Below, piece after piece: positions 1 to 13,463 of a stretch of 64,000 nucleotides of DNA. Made by a program: the position numbers and the translations under genes. The number at the start of each line of letters is the position of its first letter. Within the stretch, counting starts at the first letter, position 1. Under the pieces are notes generated by a model that saw only the letters and a list, made by a program, of their open reading frames with translations, ran no database searches and had not been told where the DNA came from. The stretch comes from Felis catus (taxonomy: Eukaryota), in NCBI RefSeq assembly GCF_018350175.1, contig NC_058368.1, positions 16,370,001-16,434,000 on the forward strand. Direction: 5' to 3'.

Positions 1-289
1 AATGGAGAATTCTAACCTCAGATACATAATTATTCTTGACTTTTGTATGGACCACCTTCAAAACAATTTGAGCAGTTCAATGGCTTTATCAGCAGAGAAG
101 ATTGGATCCTCAGGGGTTACATCATTATTTAGCAAAAGTTTCTAAGGTAACAGGAGAGAGATTTTACTTTATTCAGTTTTTTTAATTGACATAATATAGC
201 ATTGACAAGTTTCTTTTTATGTATTTGTGTATCAACTTCCAACTTTTGAGAATCTTAAAAGATAATTATGTTTTCATTAACAATGTCAT

Positions 290-2245
290 CGAAAAAGAAT
301 AAAGCACTTGGGAATAAATTTAATAAATGAAGTGCAAAACGTATACTCTGGAAACTGTAAAACATTGTTGAAAGAAATTAAAGAAGATTTAAAAAAATGG
401 GAGGGGTGCCTGGGTGGCTCAGGACGTTAAGTGTCTGACTTCGGCTCAGGTCATGATCTCATAGCTCGTGGGTTGAATACCCACGTTGGGCTCAGAGCCT
501 GGAGCCTGCTTCAGATTCTGTGACTCCAGCTCTCTCTATACCCCTCCCCTGCTCACTCTCTGTCTCTGTCTCTCAAAAATAAAAAAAAAACATTAAACAA
601 ACAAATAAATAAGAAAGCATCCCATGTTCATAAATCAGAAGATATCACATTCTTAACATGACAATACTCTCTGAACTGACGTATAGATTCAATGAAATTG
701 CTATTAGAATCCTAGGTAATTCCTTTTTGAAATTGAAAAGTTGATTCTGAAATTCATATGCATTTGCAAAGGACTCAGAATATCCAAAACAATGTTGAAA
801 AAGAAGAATAAAGTAAGAAGAGTCATATTCTCTGATTCCAAAACTACTACAAAGCAATAATAATCAAGGCAGTGTGGTAATAGTAGAAAGAGAAATATAT
901 AACTCAATGAAAAGGAATTGAGAGTCAAGAAATAAGTCCACAAATATATCTTTGGTCAACTGACATTTGACAAGGGTGCCAAGACCTTCCAATGGGGAAA
1001 GAATTGTCTTTTCAATAAACCACGTAGAGGCAAGTGGATTGTCACTTGCAAAAGAATGAAGTTGAACCTTTACTTCATTGCATATTCAAAAACTAAATCA
1101 AAATGGAGTAAAGACCTAAATATGAAAGCTAGATTATAAAACTTTCACAAGAAAACATTTGGCTAAATATTCATGACATCGAAAAAGCATTCTTAGATAC
1201 GACAGTAAAAGCATAAGTAACAAAAGAGGAATAGATTAAATTAGACTTCATCAAAATTAAAAACTTGTGCTTCACAAAATACCATGAAGAATCCACAGAC
1301 AGGGAGACAAATTGCAACTGATATATATGATAAGGGATTTGCATCAATGATACATAAAGAACCCTTAAAATGTAATAATAAAACATAAATAACCCAATTA
1401 AGAATGGGCAAAGGATCCGAAGCGATATTTCTCCAAGGAAATTATACAAGTGGCCAATAAGCACATGAAAAGATTCTCAACACCATTAGTTATCAGGGAA
1501 GTGCAAATCAAAACTGCATGAGGTATCACTTCACACCTGCTAGGATGGCCAGAATAAAAAATTCAGAAAAAAAGTGTTAGGATATGGAGAGATTGGGATT
1601 CTCATATGCTGCTGGTGGGAATGTAAAATGGGGCAGTAGCTGTGGAAAACAGTCTGGCAGTTCTTCAAATGATTAAACACAGATTTACCATATGACCAGT
1701 AATTCCACTCCTAGGTATTTACTCAAGAGAAATGAAAATGTATGTCCACAGAAAACCTTGAATCTGAAAGTTTATGGCAGCATTATTCACAATAGCTGAA
1801 AGGTGGAAACAAACCAAATATCCACCAACAGACAAATGGATAAACAAAATATGGTGTTTACATACCGTGGGTTTTTACTTGGTCATACAAAGAAATGAAG
1901 TGCTGATACGTGTTACAACATGGATGAACCTCGAAAATATGCCAACTGAAAGAAGTCACAAAATATCACATATATGATCCAATTCATATGAAAATCCAGA
2001 CTAGGAAATCGATAGTAATAGAAAGGATATTAGTAGTTTCATGGGACTGGAGGGGGGTGAGGTGAGAGGATCGAATGGTGATGGCTAAAGGTTACAGGGC
2101 TTCTTTTTTAAGAGGATGAAAACATTCTAAAATTGACTGTGGTGATGTTTGCACATATCTGTGAATGTACTAAAAACCATTGGATTTTACACGTCAAATG
2201 AGTGAATTGTATGATGGAGTATATTTCAATGAACTATTAGAAAAT
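290..2245 (+). mobile_element. Old degraded L1 (L1MB-like), ORF2 3' end plus 3' UTR
   Basis: Broken ORF2 C-terminal peptides (e.g. 1774-1977 AALFTIAERWKQ..) and typical L1M 3' UTR end (gactgtggtgatg..cacatatctgtgaat..aaaaaccattg). Confidence 0.85.
403..612 (+). mobile_element. CAN-SINE (tRNA-derived) inserted in the old L1
   Basis: ggggtgcctgggtggctcag head, (CT)-rich linker, A-rich tail. Confidence 0.92.
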
Positions 2246-4209
2246 ATAATTACTTTTCAGATGACTAAGAATGGCTAGAAGATTCATTATGATTGAATAT
2301 AAAATATATTCAGATTTTTAAAAGCAAATATAAAACCAATTATAATTATATTGACTTGTTTGCTTTAGAAAGATTTATTACTCATTTATTATCTGAAGAT
2401 TGAAGGTTAGGCTATTTAAAACCATTGAGCAAAATCCTAAAAAGCTTCATTTTCAAAATTGAAAGGATTCACTTTTCTTTAATTTTGTAGTACAAATGTG
2501 ATGATTTCCACATCTGTTCCCATCTACACTTGAAGAGAACTTGGTTATGACAAACTCCTACATGAAATTCTGTAATGATTCTTAGTTGTGCCCAGGATAA
2601 AGACCAACTTCTGAACAGTTGCTCATCTAGGAATTGACATAGATATCTCTTGTTCTCTGTACACAAACTGGGTTTAAGTGCCCCTCCTAGATGCTGCCAC
2701 AGGGACATCACACTTACCACACTGAATTATTATTTTCATAAAATTTACCTTTTTTACATTTGGTGATTTTTTGTTTTATTATTTTATTCTCAGCATGTAT
2801 CACGCCTATCACAAAATATGTGCTTCATCAATGCTTGTGAATGAAGGAATAATTGTTGCAAAAGGCAACTTATCAGGTGGCTGGATAAAAATATGAAGAT
2901 GCTAATTGATCAATGCATCACCAATTAAATTTATTTTGGGCATGACATTAAAAACTGTGTCTTCTCTGCATTTCTTTTACTACATTTCTACCTCGAAGAA
3001 AAATAAAATACATGCCTCATTCAACAAAATAGCCTTTTTTCAATGGTTTGATGGATGATGAAGAAAAAGAAATCCAGTCTACAAACCCTGACTGCCAACC
3101 ATCAACTGTATGGAGAACAATACTATTTCTAATCTCTCACAATGCAAAACATAAGTGAAGTTTTCCAGTTTTGACTTTGTGAACTCCTCTAAAAAGTATA
3201 CTTCATCTTTTTATCCCGGTGTTTACTCTAGGGCCTGGTCTCTAATGGGGCTTGGTTGGTGGTGGGAGGGAATGAATGATAGAAAGTGAAAGTAAAATGA
3301 AAAATCTAGATTGTCTTATGAATTCAGTTACAATTTCCAATTTGGTGCTTTGTAAAATGGTGACTCTGAATTTTATTGGGGAAGAATTCTGATTGTATTG
3401 ATTAAGCAATTCAGTTGACTGCTGTATTTGCATCAGAGAATCAAAATATTGTGATATCATGATAACTTGGCTAAAATCTTAGTCCCTAGTTTTTGTAGGT
3501 ATTAGTGATAATTTATCTTTCTAATGCAAAGCTCAGAAATGATTTTAATTTACATGGGAATTTTATGCAACTCTCTTTATCATTCGGTCCTCTTTTTCTG
3601 TGCACCAAATTACTTTATGGTTCATATATATTCTTGTATAGTTCATTTCATTATTCTAGCTTTATTGTTTACATCAATGACTTACATTACTTTGATACCC
3701 AAATTATATTATTATTATTTTTTTTTGCTATTTTGCACCATTAAAGCCAAAAGGGAGCATTTAAACAAATGGTCATTTTAATGATACCTACATACTAGCT
3801 TCAAATGTAGTGATTACTCTTCAGAAAATGGAAGACGAGATCATATTTCAGCAATCTCAGGCTTTTTAAAATAGGAATTGGATTTCATGAAGAAGGGTGC
3901 ATTTGACATTTTTTTTTCTATTTCTGGGTTTTAGCCTCCTCATAGCAGTTTTTATTCTTTATTGCTTCTCCATCTGACTCAGGAAGTTAGGAGAAATGTA
4001 TGGAATTTAAATATTATTTGAGTTTTTTTTCCCGAAGCTTCAGAAGATCCTTGCTATAGTTTCTGGGTGACGAAGTCCGTGTTATCTCCTAAAAAAGATT
4101 TATCTTCCTTGTCACCCAGTTTCACTACTACCTGTATGTTTCCTTGTCAACAGTCCTCCTCCTCATCTCTCTCAAGATGACTTTTCCATTGTAGATCTGT
4201 ATATACGCT

Positions 4210-5800
4210 AAAGGACTTGGAAGAAAAGATTGGAAAAAAATAATACAGTTAAATATAAAACATAATATAAAATATTATTGCACAAAGCTTTTAGAAGAAA
4301 AAAAAAGAGAAAATCTTTATGATCTATGCCTAGATAAATAATTCTTAGAATTACCATAAAACATAAAGTTGAAAAGTTGGACTTAATCAATTATTTAAAA
4401 ATTTTGCTCTGCAGAAAGCCCAAAGGATTAAGAGGATGAAAAGATGAGAGAGATTATTTGCAAAACACGTATCTGGCAAAAGACTAGTGTCTAGGTAATA
4501 ATAATTTTAAAAAAAACCTCTCAAACTCAACAAATACACATATAAATAGTCTAAATAGAAAATGTACAAAAGACGAACAGAAATTTCATCAAGATATCAT
4601 ACAGATGGCAAATAAGCACAAGAAAAGGTGTTCAATAGCACTGGCCATCAAGGAAATGCAAATTAAAACCACAGTGAGATATCATTACACAGTGGATCAA
4701 ATAAAAATTGGTGACAACACCAAATGCTAGCAAAAATACAGAGGAATTGACTCACTCGTACATTGTTGGTGAGTACGTAAAGCGGTACACCCACACTGGG
4801 ACACAGGTTGGCTGTCATTTTTTTTTTTTTTTTTTTTAACGTTTATTTATTTTTGAGACAGAGAGAGACAGAGCATGAACGGGGGAGGGGCAGAGAGAGA
4901 GGGAGACACAGAACCGGAAGCAGGCTCCAGGCTCTGAGCCATCAGTCCAGAGCCTGACACGGGGCTCGAACTCACGGACCGCGAGATCGTGACCTGGCTG
5001 AAGTCGGAAGCTTAACCGACTGCACCACCCAGGCGCCCGGGCTGTCATTTTTATAAAATACGGCATGCAACTACCATACTGCCCAACTCTTACAGTCCTG
5101 GTCACAGAAAAACCTGTATAGGAACGTTTATCGCAGCGTAATTTGCAATGACCAAAGATGGGAAACAATAAAAAAAAATCCTTCAATGGGTCTAATGTTA
5201 ACTTACGCTACATTTATATCATGACATAGGACTCTGCAATATATAATGTATAATATAATATATATATATAATATATATATATAATATATAACAGTTATTA
5301 TATATAATAACTGTTGATAGATGTAACAACTTGGATGAATCTTCAGAGTCATAGTGAGTGAAAAACACTAATCCCCAATGTTACATACTGTATGATTCTA
5401 CTTATATAGCAACCTTAAAATGACACAATTATAAAAATATAGGACAAACTAGTGGTTTTTCAGGAATTTGCGACTGGGGAGTATTAAGAGATGCATGTGG
5501 GTTAAAGGGAGGGCAGTATCAGGGATACTTGTGGCAATAGAAATGTTCTGTATCTTGACTATTGTATAGAACTCAGTACACACACAAGCCCACCCACACA
5601 AGTATAAGGAAAACTGCAGAAATCTGAATAAGATAGGTGGATTCTATGTCAATACTCTGCAATGTTGTACTCTGGTTTTGGAAGATGTTTCCATTGGGGG
5701 AAAGATGGGTAAATGGTACGTGAGATGCCCCTGTATTATTTCTTCCACTGCATATGAATTTATAATGAGGTAAAAAATTAAAAAAAAACTTAATTAAAAA
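4210..5800 (+). mobile_element. Old L1 (L1MC/L1MD-like) 3' fragment
   Basis: ORF2-end remnants (gatggcaaataagcac..aggaaatgcaaattaaaaccacagtgagatatca) and 3' UTR motif aaaactgcagaaatctgaataagataggtgg. Confidence 0.8.
4818..5039 (-). mobile_element. Young felid SINE (SINEC_Fc-like)
   Basis: CpG-rich body, pure poly(T) on +, TSD ggctgtcattttt at 4810-4822 and 5040-5052. Confidence 0.95.
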
Positions 5801-7131
5801 ACAGAAGAAATAACCATTCACTTAACATTTTATAATGCCTTTATTTTTCCTACATTTCTACTTTCCTGCTTGTTTGGTACTTCTAACTTTAGAAAGGTGA
5901 TATAACATAGTCCAATATTTTAGAGATAGATAGGACATTTCCATCGAGAAGTCTCAAATATCAGCAGATGAGGTCTAAACAAGTGAAATGCCCAATTTGC
6001 AGTCACTCAATAGCAGCAGTGAAAAGATATCAGTTTCCTGCCTTCCCTCAGACCACCAGGGCATTTTACATTCTGAATGCTGAAGCAACATGTTGTTATT
6101 TCATGGGAATAAATTAAATCTCTAAGTATATTGATGCCCTGAAAGGAAGTCAATGCAGATAACCTCTTATTCCCAGAGTGGGAAACACTGGCTTGTTATC
6201 TGCAGGCTCAGGAAAAGAAAATCTTTATGAAAAAAGGTATTAGGTAAAAGAATTAGACCTAAGGGGAACCACAAAAAAACAGATCAATTAGAATTAGTTA
6301 AAAGTCTGGATTAAAGAAAATTCTTTAAAGTAATAAAATTTTGGTCCAATTATGATCCAAGCCTAGAGGAATTTGCTAACGTTGGGAAAGAGAAATATTA
6401 AGTGTTAAATAGCTAAAGAAATCCAGATTGGCTGAGGTCTAGTGTGTATGAGAAAATGATGCTGGTCCCATAAAGTGGGGCCACTTTATGAAGGTCATAC
6501 TATGGAAACTTTACTTAATCACAAGAAAAATAGCTCTGCAAGATAGTGAACAGAGGAGAGAAATGAGCATATTTGCCTTTCAGAAACACCTTGTTGTCTC
6601 TCCACACAACCTCATGTTTGATTCAATGAGTAGCTCTTCTACAGCTGTCTTAACAATACTGTATAAATATATTTCAATAGGTAAAAACAATGAATGAAGA
6701 AAATTTTTTGAATGGGTTCAAATAGCTCTGCTATTTTAAATAGCTCTAGAAAAAGTCTTCCATGATGCTCTGGTAGTTAAAAAACAAGCAAGTCATTAAA
6801 TTATAGGTATAGTATAAATTCCATTTTTGATAAAAACAATAAAAAACCATAACCTATACATATATTTACATATTTATTTATATTATAAATTTATATTAAT
6901 ATTATATGTATATATTTTAATATATATTAATATATTTGCAAAGGCAAGAAAAAACATGTAAAACAACAAATTAATAGCAGTGATTCCATTAGAAGATTAG
7001 GAATCAAGGAGAGACAGCAAATTTTAGGTGAACGAAAGCAATATTTTTTGAGTGGTTGAATACGTTTTACCTGTGAAATTCAAATGGTGGATATACATGA
7101 ACTGAGTGAAACCAGTAGAGATGCTTCAGAG

Positions 7132-7435
7132 CATCACTGTCCAATAGAAATGTACTGCAAATTACAAATGTGAGTCACATATGTATTTTTAATACTTTCT
7201 AGTAGCTACATTAAAAAGTAAAAAGAAGCATGAAACTATTTTAGATCATATATTTTATCCCAATGCATCCAAAATACTATCATTTCAACACGTAACCAAT
7301 GTAAATATTAATGAGATATTTTACATTGTTCCCATATTAAGTCTTTGAAATCCAGTGTGTATTTTATACTCATAGACCCATTTCAGGTGCTTAGTCGCCT
7401 TACATCAATAGTAGCTACCATATTGGACAGTGCAG
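7132..7435 (+). mobile_element. MER33-like hAT-Charlie non-autonomous DNA transposon
   Basis: Terminal inverted repeats cactgtccaata / tattggacagtg; degenerate 8-bp TSD cttcagag / ctctagag; internal sequence resembles MER33. Confidence 0.85.
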
Positions 7436-10269
7436 CTCTAGAGGACACTGATGGTTTTGCTCCTGGTAAATTTCACTGGCAGAGACAACGTCACTCTTTG
7501 TCAACTCACTGGGAGCATGACCATATTTGGCCCTGGTCTCATGATCTCAATCTTGGGTCACCTTCATATTTTCCAGCTCTATCATTTTTCAGTTGGGAAG
7601 GTTTAATTTTATTTTATACATTTTTATTGTTGCTAATGTATATATAGCATTATCACAAAATCTACAGTAGAAGTGAAAATGACAAAGTGTATTTTTTAGA
7701 AAATGGTAAGAAACCAGTATTTTTTTTTTTAACCCGTAAACACAATTTTGTTGGGAGAAAAGAGTAACATATTCCAAATTTTGGCTGTGGAAAGTTTGAA
7801 CAACTACAAAAATTTTCTACTGAAGGAGAGGGCAAAGAAGAAAAAATTCCACAAAAATAAAAATTCATTACCCAAAACATTTAGAACCTGATATCTCATC
7901 TGAATATCTACATGAAGAGTTTTTCTTTAAGCTCCAACTCGACCACTTAATAGCAGGGTGAATCTAACTGCCATAAACCCTTAAGTGCCCTTAACCTTTG
8001 TTTTTCCGGTGACTTATGGAGAACTTATTTAATAATGTTCCATTTTTTAAGAAGTCATGCGATAACACTATATAAACAAAGTTCACTGTAATTTATTGTG
8101 AAGTAATTAAGGTAATATATTTGAAGTTGAATTTAAAGAGACTTCCAGAGATTAACTTTTAAATGTAAATTACTGGGAGGTCTGAACTTTGGAAAATATA
8201 AGGCAAGGAAAAAAATGTAATAAGTTAAACAGAAGAAATAATTTTCAAAATGGTGAAATATATTCATAAATTTGGCTTTTTAAAAATTTGAGTCATTGTA
8301 AACCTATTGACAGAGACACACGGATGGTTTTTGCTCAGTTGATTTTTAGGGATACAGTCTGAACTGTATAAATTGTTTCTGCAAACACATGTACAAAAAC
8401 TAAGAATGGGCAAAAGTCATGGAACTGGACAATCATTCGCTCAACTAAATCCCAGAATTAGTAAGGATTATTGAATATTAGAAGAGTGCATCTTTATATC
8501 ACTGGTTACCCATATTCCTTCTACACTGGCTGAAAAATTGACTGCTTCTTGGAGAATAATATGGCAAGTTTCTTTCTTTATACCCTATTTGTTACCCAAG
8601 GTATTTGTTAGGATTTGTGTGTTCGATTACTAAGGTATGTCCGTATCACTAAAGTTGCTATCTAGGTCAAGGCAAGAAAGTGGGTATGCTTTTGCAGTAG
8701 TTTAATTGCCAGCCAATAAATAAAATATCTAATTTAAGAAAATTTGATATACAAATATCCAACTTATGAAACAGTTACATTTTAGAGCATGATTATCACT
8801 TTGAAAAATAATTCATCATTTTACAAAATATTTCACTGCCATGTTTTCTTTTTTTACGTAACCAGTTCCCTACTGCAGTTAATACAGAATTATTAACACA
8901 GATATTTTCAGGAAAACATCTATCACAAATAAAGAGGTCCATCTTCATAGCATTTTTTTCTTGGAAATGGGTTTTCCAAAATACATGATAAGTGAAGTGC
9001 TGTGAGTATAACCTAGTTCTATTAGAGTTAACTGAATTTTCTAGACACTCTTCCACTTAACCCTGGCTATGAATAAATAAGTGAAGGTAAGCAACTAATA
9101 GCAAGGTCAACAGGACACAAAACATAAGAAACATTATTTATACAAGGTATGATATGAAACCTCTCTTTTGTGTTTAGGAGTTTATGTTCATAGAAATATG
9201 AATGGAAATGAAAAGAAAACCCCAAATTACTCATTTAGAGACTTCAAAAAATATCCTTCTATTTGAAATCCTGCTGTTTTATGTTTTCTCATTCTTTCCC
9301 TACTGTTCATCTTCATGAATGCTACCTAACATCACTGCATATTCAGAATAATGCTCACTTCTAGGACATATTGTACTAACAGTATTCAATATTTTGTTTA
9401 AACTCATAGATGCATCATCTGTCAGTGACATCTGACAGAGGGTTGTTAAAAACCATCATTTTTGGAACACTGCAAAGTGTGGTGTTACTGGCTCCAAGTA
9501 AGTCCCTCTGTTGTCACCATGTTTACCTTTAAAACATCAGCACCCTAACCCTTGATATAAATAAACTCCTGGGAAAATTTTGCTTCGTTTTGTTTTTATT
9601 GTTGTTGGTGTCATTTGAAGAAACAGAGGACATTTGAAATTAAATTCTGGTAAAGTATGTATAATGGTGATGTATACGATTTTTACTTTGGAAGAAACAA
9701 CATTAACAACAGAAGCAGAACAGAATCATTGGAACACACTCCAAATACTGAGAACAGGTCTATGTTTCTCTACAGAATATATGTCTGTCTGACTTAGAAC
9801 AGTTTGGGTGTTTCACTATCCCCAGGGCTTATTGTGAGTTCTAACACACTCATTCTAACATAAATGAATGTGCTTGAGGCAATGAGAACATTCATTAGCC
9901 TTTTTGTGCTTCTCCAAACCTACCAGGCCCATTCCTATATCTCTCGGACAAAACCAGATTCGGGAAAGAGCAGTAAACTCAGTGCCTCCGGGTTGTGGCT
10001 TATTTGGAAACTAAAATCTAATATTCCAGGTTGAATTCTGATGTCCCATACCTAATATGTTTTTTTAAACTTACTAACTTCTATAATATAATTGAGTCTA
10101 ATGAATCCAATATATCTTTAATTATATGCATTCCTCTTACTTTACGAGAGGAGCACATTTATGGAGTAAACTCCACACTCATTCTCTCTCAAAATGCACC
10201 ATTTCAGAAGCAGCAATCAATAGTAAACCCGATAGGTGCACATTTTTTGCTTGGTCTGTTTATGTTCGG

Positions 10270-10468
10270 AGAGGCAGTACATGTAGTGGTTAAAGGCTTG
10301 GCCCTGAAGGACCCGTCATAGCTCCATCACTAACTATGAACCTTCGTTAGTGCTTGTCTCAGTTTCTTCAAATATAAAGTGGGCTAAGAACAGTAGCTAC
10401 TTCACACCATTGTTGTAAGTAGTACATATGTGTAAATACACGTGTTGCATATAGAACGGTGGCTGGCA
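10270..10468 (+). mobile_element. MIR remnant
   Basis: ggcagtacatgtagtggttaaag head and tctcagtttcttcaaatataaagtggg core. Confidence 0.6.
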
Positions 10469-10520
10469 TTGTTATTGCTGTTATTCCTTATTTTTGATGT
10501 ATGGTAATCAGAAACTGGGG

Positions 10521-10746
10521 TGTTTTTTCAAAATTTTTTTCATGTTTATTTATTACTGAGAAACAGAGAGACAGAGCATGAACAGAGGGGAGGGGCAGAG
10601 AGAGGAGGAGACACAGAATCTGAAACAGGTGCCAGGCTCCGAGCTGTCAGCACAGAGCCTGACACGGGGCTGGAACTCACAAACTGCGAGATTATGACCT
10701 GAGCCGAAGTCGGACGCTTAACCGACTTAGCCACCCAGCCGCCCCC
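10521..10746 (-). mobile_element. CAN-SINE
   Basis: Reverse-complement SINE body; TSD-like agaaactggg / agacactggg. Confidence 0.93.
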
Positions 10747-11914
10747 AGACACTGGGTTTTGTAATAGTATGCAGTTTTGGGTCAATGTTAAATTATGTAC
10801 CATTTGTCTAGTCTGTGGAGGTAATTTCTGAAATAAAATGAACTCATCGTTTTTCTATTGATTTGAAATAAATGCTTACTGCATGTGGTGAAGGAACTTC
10901 TATTCCTATGGTGGCTTATATAGTCACAAGTTACATAATTTAAACTTTATGAAGTTGCCAGTGCCTTTTCATATCAGGTGAAAACATTTTCTTTTTAGTG
11001 GTTCAGTGAATGAATATAAGATAAATTACTTTGAAAACAACAGAAGAAACAAGTAATTAAGAATGTTGTTCCTATGGGGAAAACTTAATATCTATATCTA
11101 CTGCTAAAATTAATAATGATTTTTGGAAATCTTAATTTTAAAGAAATATGTACCAGTTACTGGAGGAAAGAAGAGGAAACCATTAGGTTTCGTATTTTTC
11201 TTGAATTGGCAATAATATTGCACTGATTGAAATAGAATTTAACTTTGCTTAGAGTTTAGAATGAATTTATGGATCCTATGAGAATGTAACATCTTGCTTT
11301 GTTTAAGGAGCATTACCTACTCTAATTTATTGTTATTCTTTTCTAGTACTGAGAACTTTTGCCACATTTTGAAATTCTATTATTCATAAAGCCTCATATT
11401 TATACTGACTAGCAACTGAACCTGAAAAAGGTCATTTAAAAAAACCTGAAATAAAACTTTCTTCATGACAAAGTCTCATTAAAAATCATCAATCACCAAT
11501 ATTTATTAAGACAAACATTTATTTTACTTACTGAAATGAAAAAGTGGGCATCCTAGAAGTCCAAAGTACACCTGCTTTTCATTTTAGGAGGGGGTTTGAT
11601 CACGACTCCATGAAAAGAAGGCTTGCTTGCTTTAATCTGTGCTGTATTTACATGTTCAGAAATAATTTGGTAATATTTGTGTTTTAAAGCCAAATTGTAG
11701 GGCTGCCCAAAAAGTCCTTGATGTGTAACCATCTCTAGAGATCCCCCCAAATTATGAAAAGCTCTAATATTTCAGCTGCATTGTTTTTCTGCGTATAAAA
11801 ATACCTACTATAGGAGTCAACTACCACATGAAATAAGTTGCATTTGTTTTAGTTGAAAAAGAGAGCTAAAAATTTCCTGTGGATTATTGCAATAGTACAA
11901 GAATACAAGGTGCG

Positions 11915-11924
11915 TTTATTTATT
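11915..11924 (-). terminator. Candidate proximal TRPC4 polyadenylation signal (overlapping AATAAATAAA)
   Basis: About 245 nt after the stop codon, preceded by a U-rich (TTTG)n tract and followed by U-rich sequence on the transcript strand. Confidence 0.6.
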
Positions 11925-12166
11925 AACCAAAAAACAAACAAACAAACAAAAAAGGTAAAACAAATTGTGAAAGCAAAAGCTGGCTATGAAACCAGGGTTT
12001 TTGATAGCCTTTGCCTTATTTAAACAGGTTACACGTTAATATGCGACAGTTGATAAATGCTATGAGGTGGAAGTTAGCATTTGCTAATTTACTTTAAACA
12101 TCTCCCCCTACCCAGGGCACTATGGAAAATATGTATATGTATGATCAACGCTCCCTCCTTCAAGTA

Positions 12167-12889
12167 TCACAATCTTGTGGTCACATAATCTTCGTGGGTG
12201 GCTGTGTCCGTGAGGTTTCCATCATAGTCTATACTGGAGTCCTCTTCCTTTGCGTGCTTCTCCTTTGGTATTATTGGAACAGTGTCCTCCACCACCACCT
12301 TCTCCGACTTGAAGGAACACACTCTCTTGCCCACCTGTAAACCCAGGGTGTCCGTGTTCCTTTCTCGATGGTCTACTAAGATACACTGTTCACTGAGACC
12401 AGGGATGTTCAAGTCACCCCGCGAAGCTAACCCTCGGGATTCCAGTTGAATATTCCTCTCCAGTGGTCTTTCGGCCTGCTGACGAGCAACTTCTTCTGAA
12501 ACAGAGAAGATTTGGTTTGCATTTTGCTCAGCAGCGTTTTGTTTTGACCGTCTGTGAAATAACCCGAAGTTTTTGATGTCGGTCACAAAGTTCACTTTTC
12601 TCTGCTTCTCTCTTGGGGGCTCTTGCACCACTAGGGCGGAGCCATTGCTGATGTTGTGTCTTTCGGAGGCAATCGCTGCCGATCGCGGGTGAATCAGGGT
12701 GGTTAAATCGAAAAGGCTGAAGTTCTTTTTCTTGTCTTTGCTACTGCCTTCGTTGTCACTCTTTTCATCCGAGTCGGCAGAGTTGGAGGACTCCTTTGTG
12801 GCCTGAGCCGACTGGACGGTAGAGAGCTTGCTTCCTCTTAGTAACCCCAGGACTTCAAAGCGGAAACTAGAAATGTCTTGCTTTAGTTC
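12167..12889 (-). CDS. TRPC4: TRPC4 terminal coding exon (exon 11), 723 bp including TGA; coiled coil, alpha-specific 84-aa segment, PDZ-binding VTTRL
   Basis: Acceptor TTTCACTTAG| then [57 protein letters not shown]...EDYVTTRL*; the TTRL end distinguishes TRPC4/5, and the internal sequence is TRPC4. Confidence 0.98.
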   Translation of the reverse strand, partial: ELKQDISSFRFEVLGLLRGSKLSTVQSAQATKESSNSADSDEKSDNEGSSKDKKKNFSLFDLTTLIHPRSAAIASERHNISNGSALVVQEPPREKQRKVNFVTDIKNFGLFHRRSKQNAAEQNANQIFSVSEEVARQQAERPLERNIQLESRGLASRGDLNIPGLSEQCILVDHRERNTDTLGLQVGKRVCSFKSEKVVVEDTVPIIPKEKHAKEEDSSIDYDGNLTDTATHEDYVTTRL

Positions 12890-12991
12890 CTAAGTGAAAT
12901 GTGAAATGAAGAAATTTAGTTTGTGACTTAAACAAACATGAGGGCTCATGGTGAGCACATTTCATATATAGCTCTGATGTGTTTTCACTCA

Positions 12992-13208
12992 TTTTTTTTT
13001 AAAGTTTACCTATTTATTTTTGAGAGAGAGAGAGAAAGAATGAGCAGGGAAGGGACAGAGAGAGAGAGGGAGAGTGCCAATCCCAAGCAAGCTCCGTGGT
13101 GTCAGAGCAGAGCCCAGCAAGGGGCTCAATTCCATGAACCCTGTGAGATCACCACCTGAGCTGAAATCAAGAGTCCAAGGCCTAACCAACTGAGCTATCC
13201 AGGCACTC
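12992..13208 (-). mobile_element. Older CAN-SINE in the last TRPC4 intron
   Basis: gagctgaaatcaagagtc..taaccaactgagctatccaggcac, (GA)n, T-rich tail. Confidence 0.88.
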
Positions 13209-13463
13209 CTACTCGTTTTTAAGAGCCAGGATTCCATTTTTGCTGTGGTTCTGTTGAGAACTGCCTGTTCTGTCCCTGGCACTGGAGTCATTTTGATGCC
13301 TGCTAATTTCCCTGTTGGCAGTTATGTAGTAACAAGGAGACCTCCTGGGGTTGATGCAAAAGGAAACAAGAGTATATCGGATTTGTGGGACTATAGTTTC
13401 AAATGCTTCCTTTCTAAAATATTCACCTGCTTTCAGGTCACCTCTCATTCTCTCAGAGATGCA

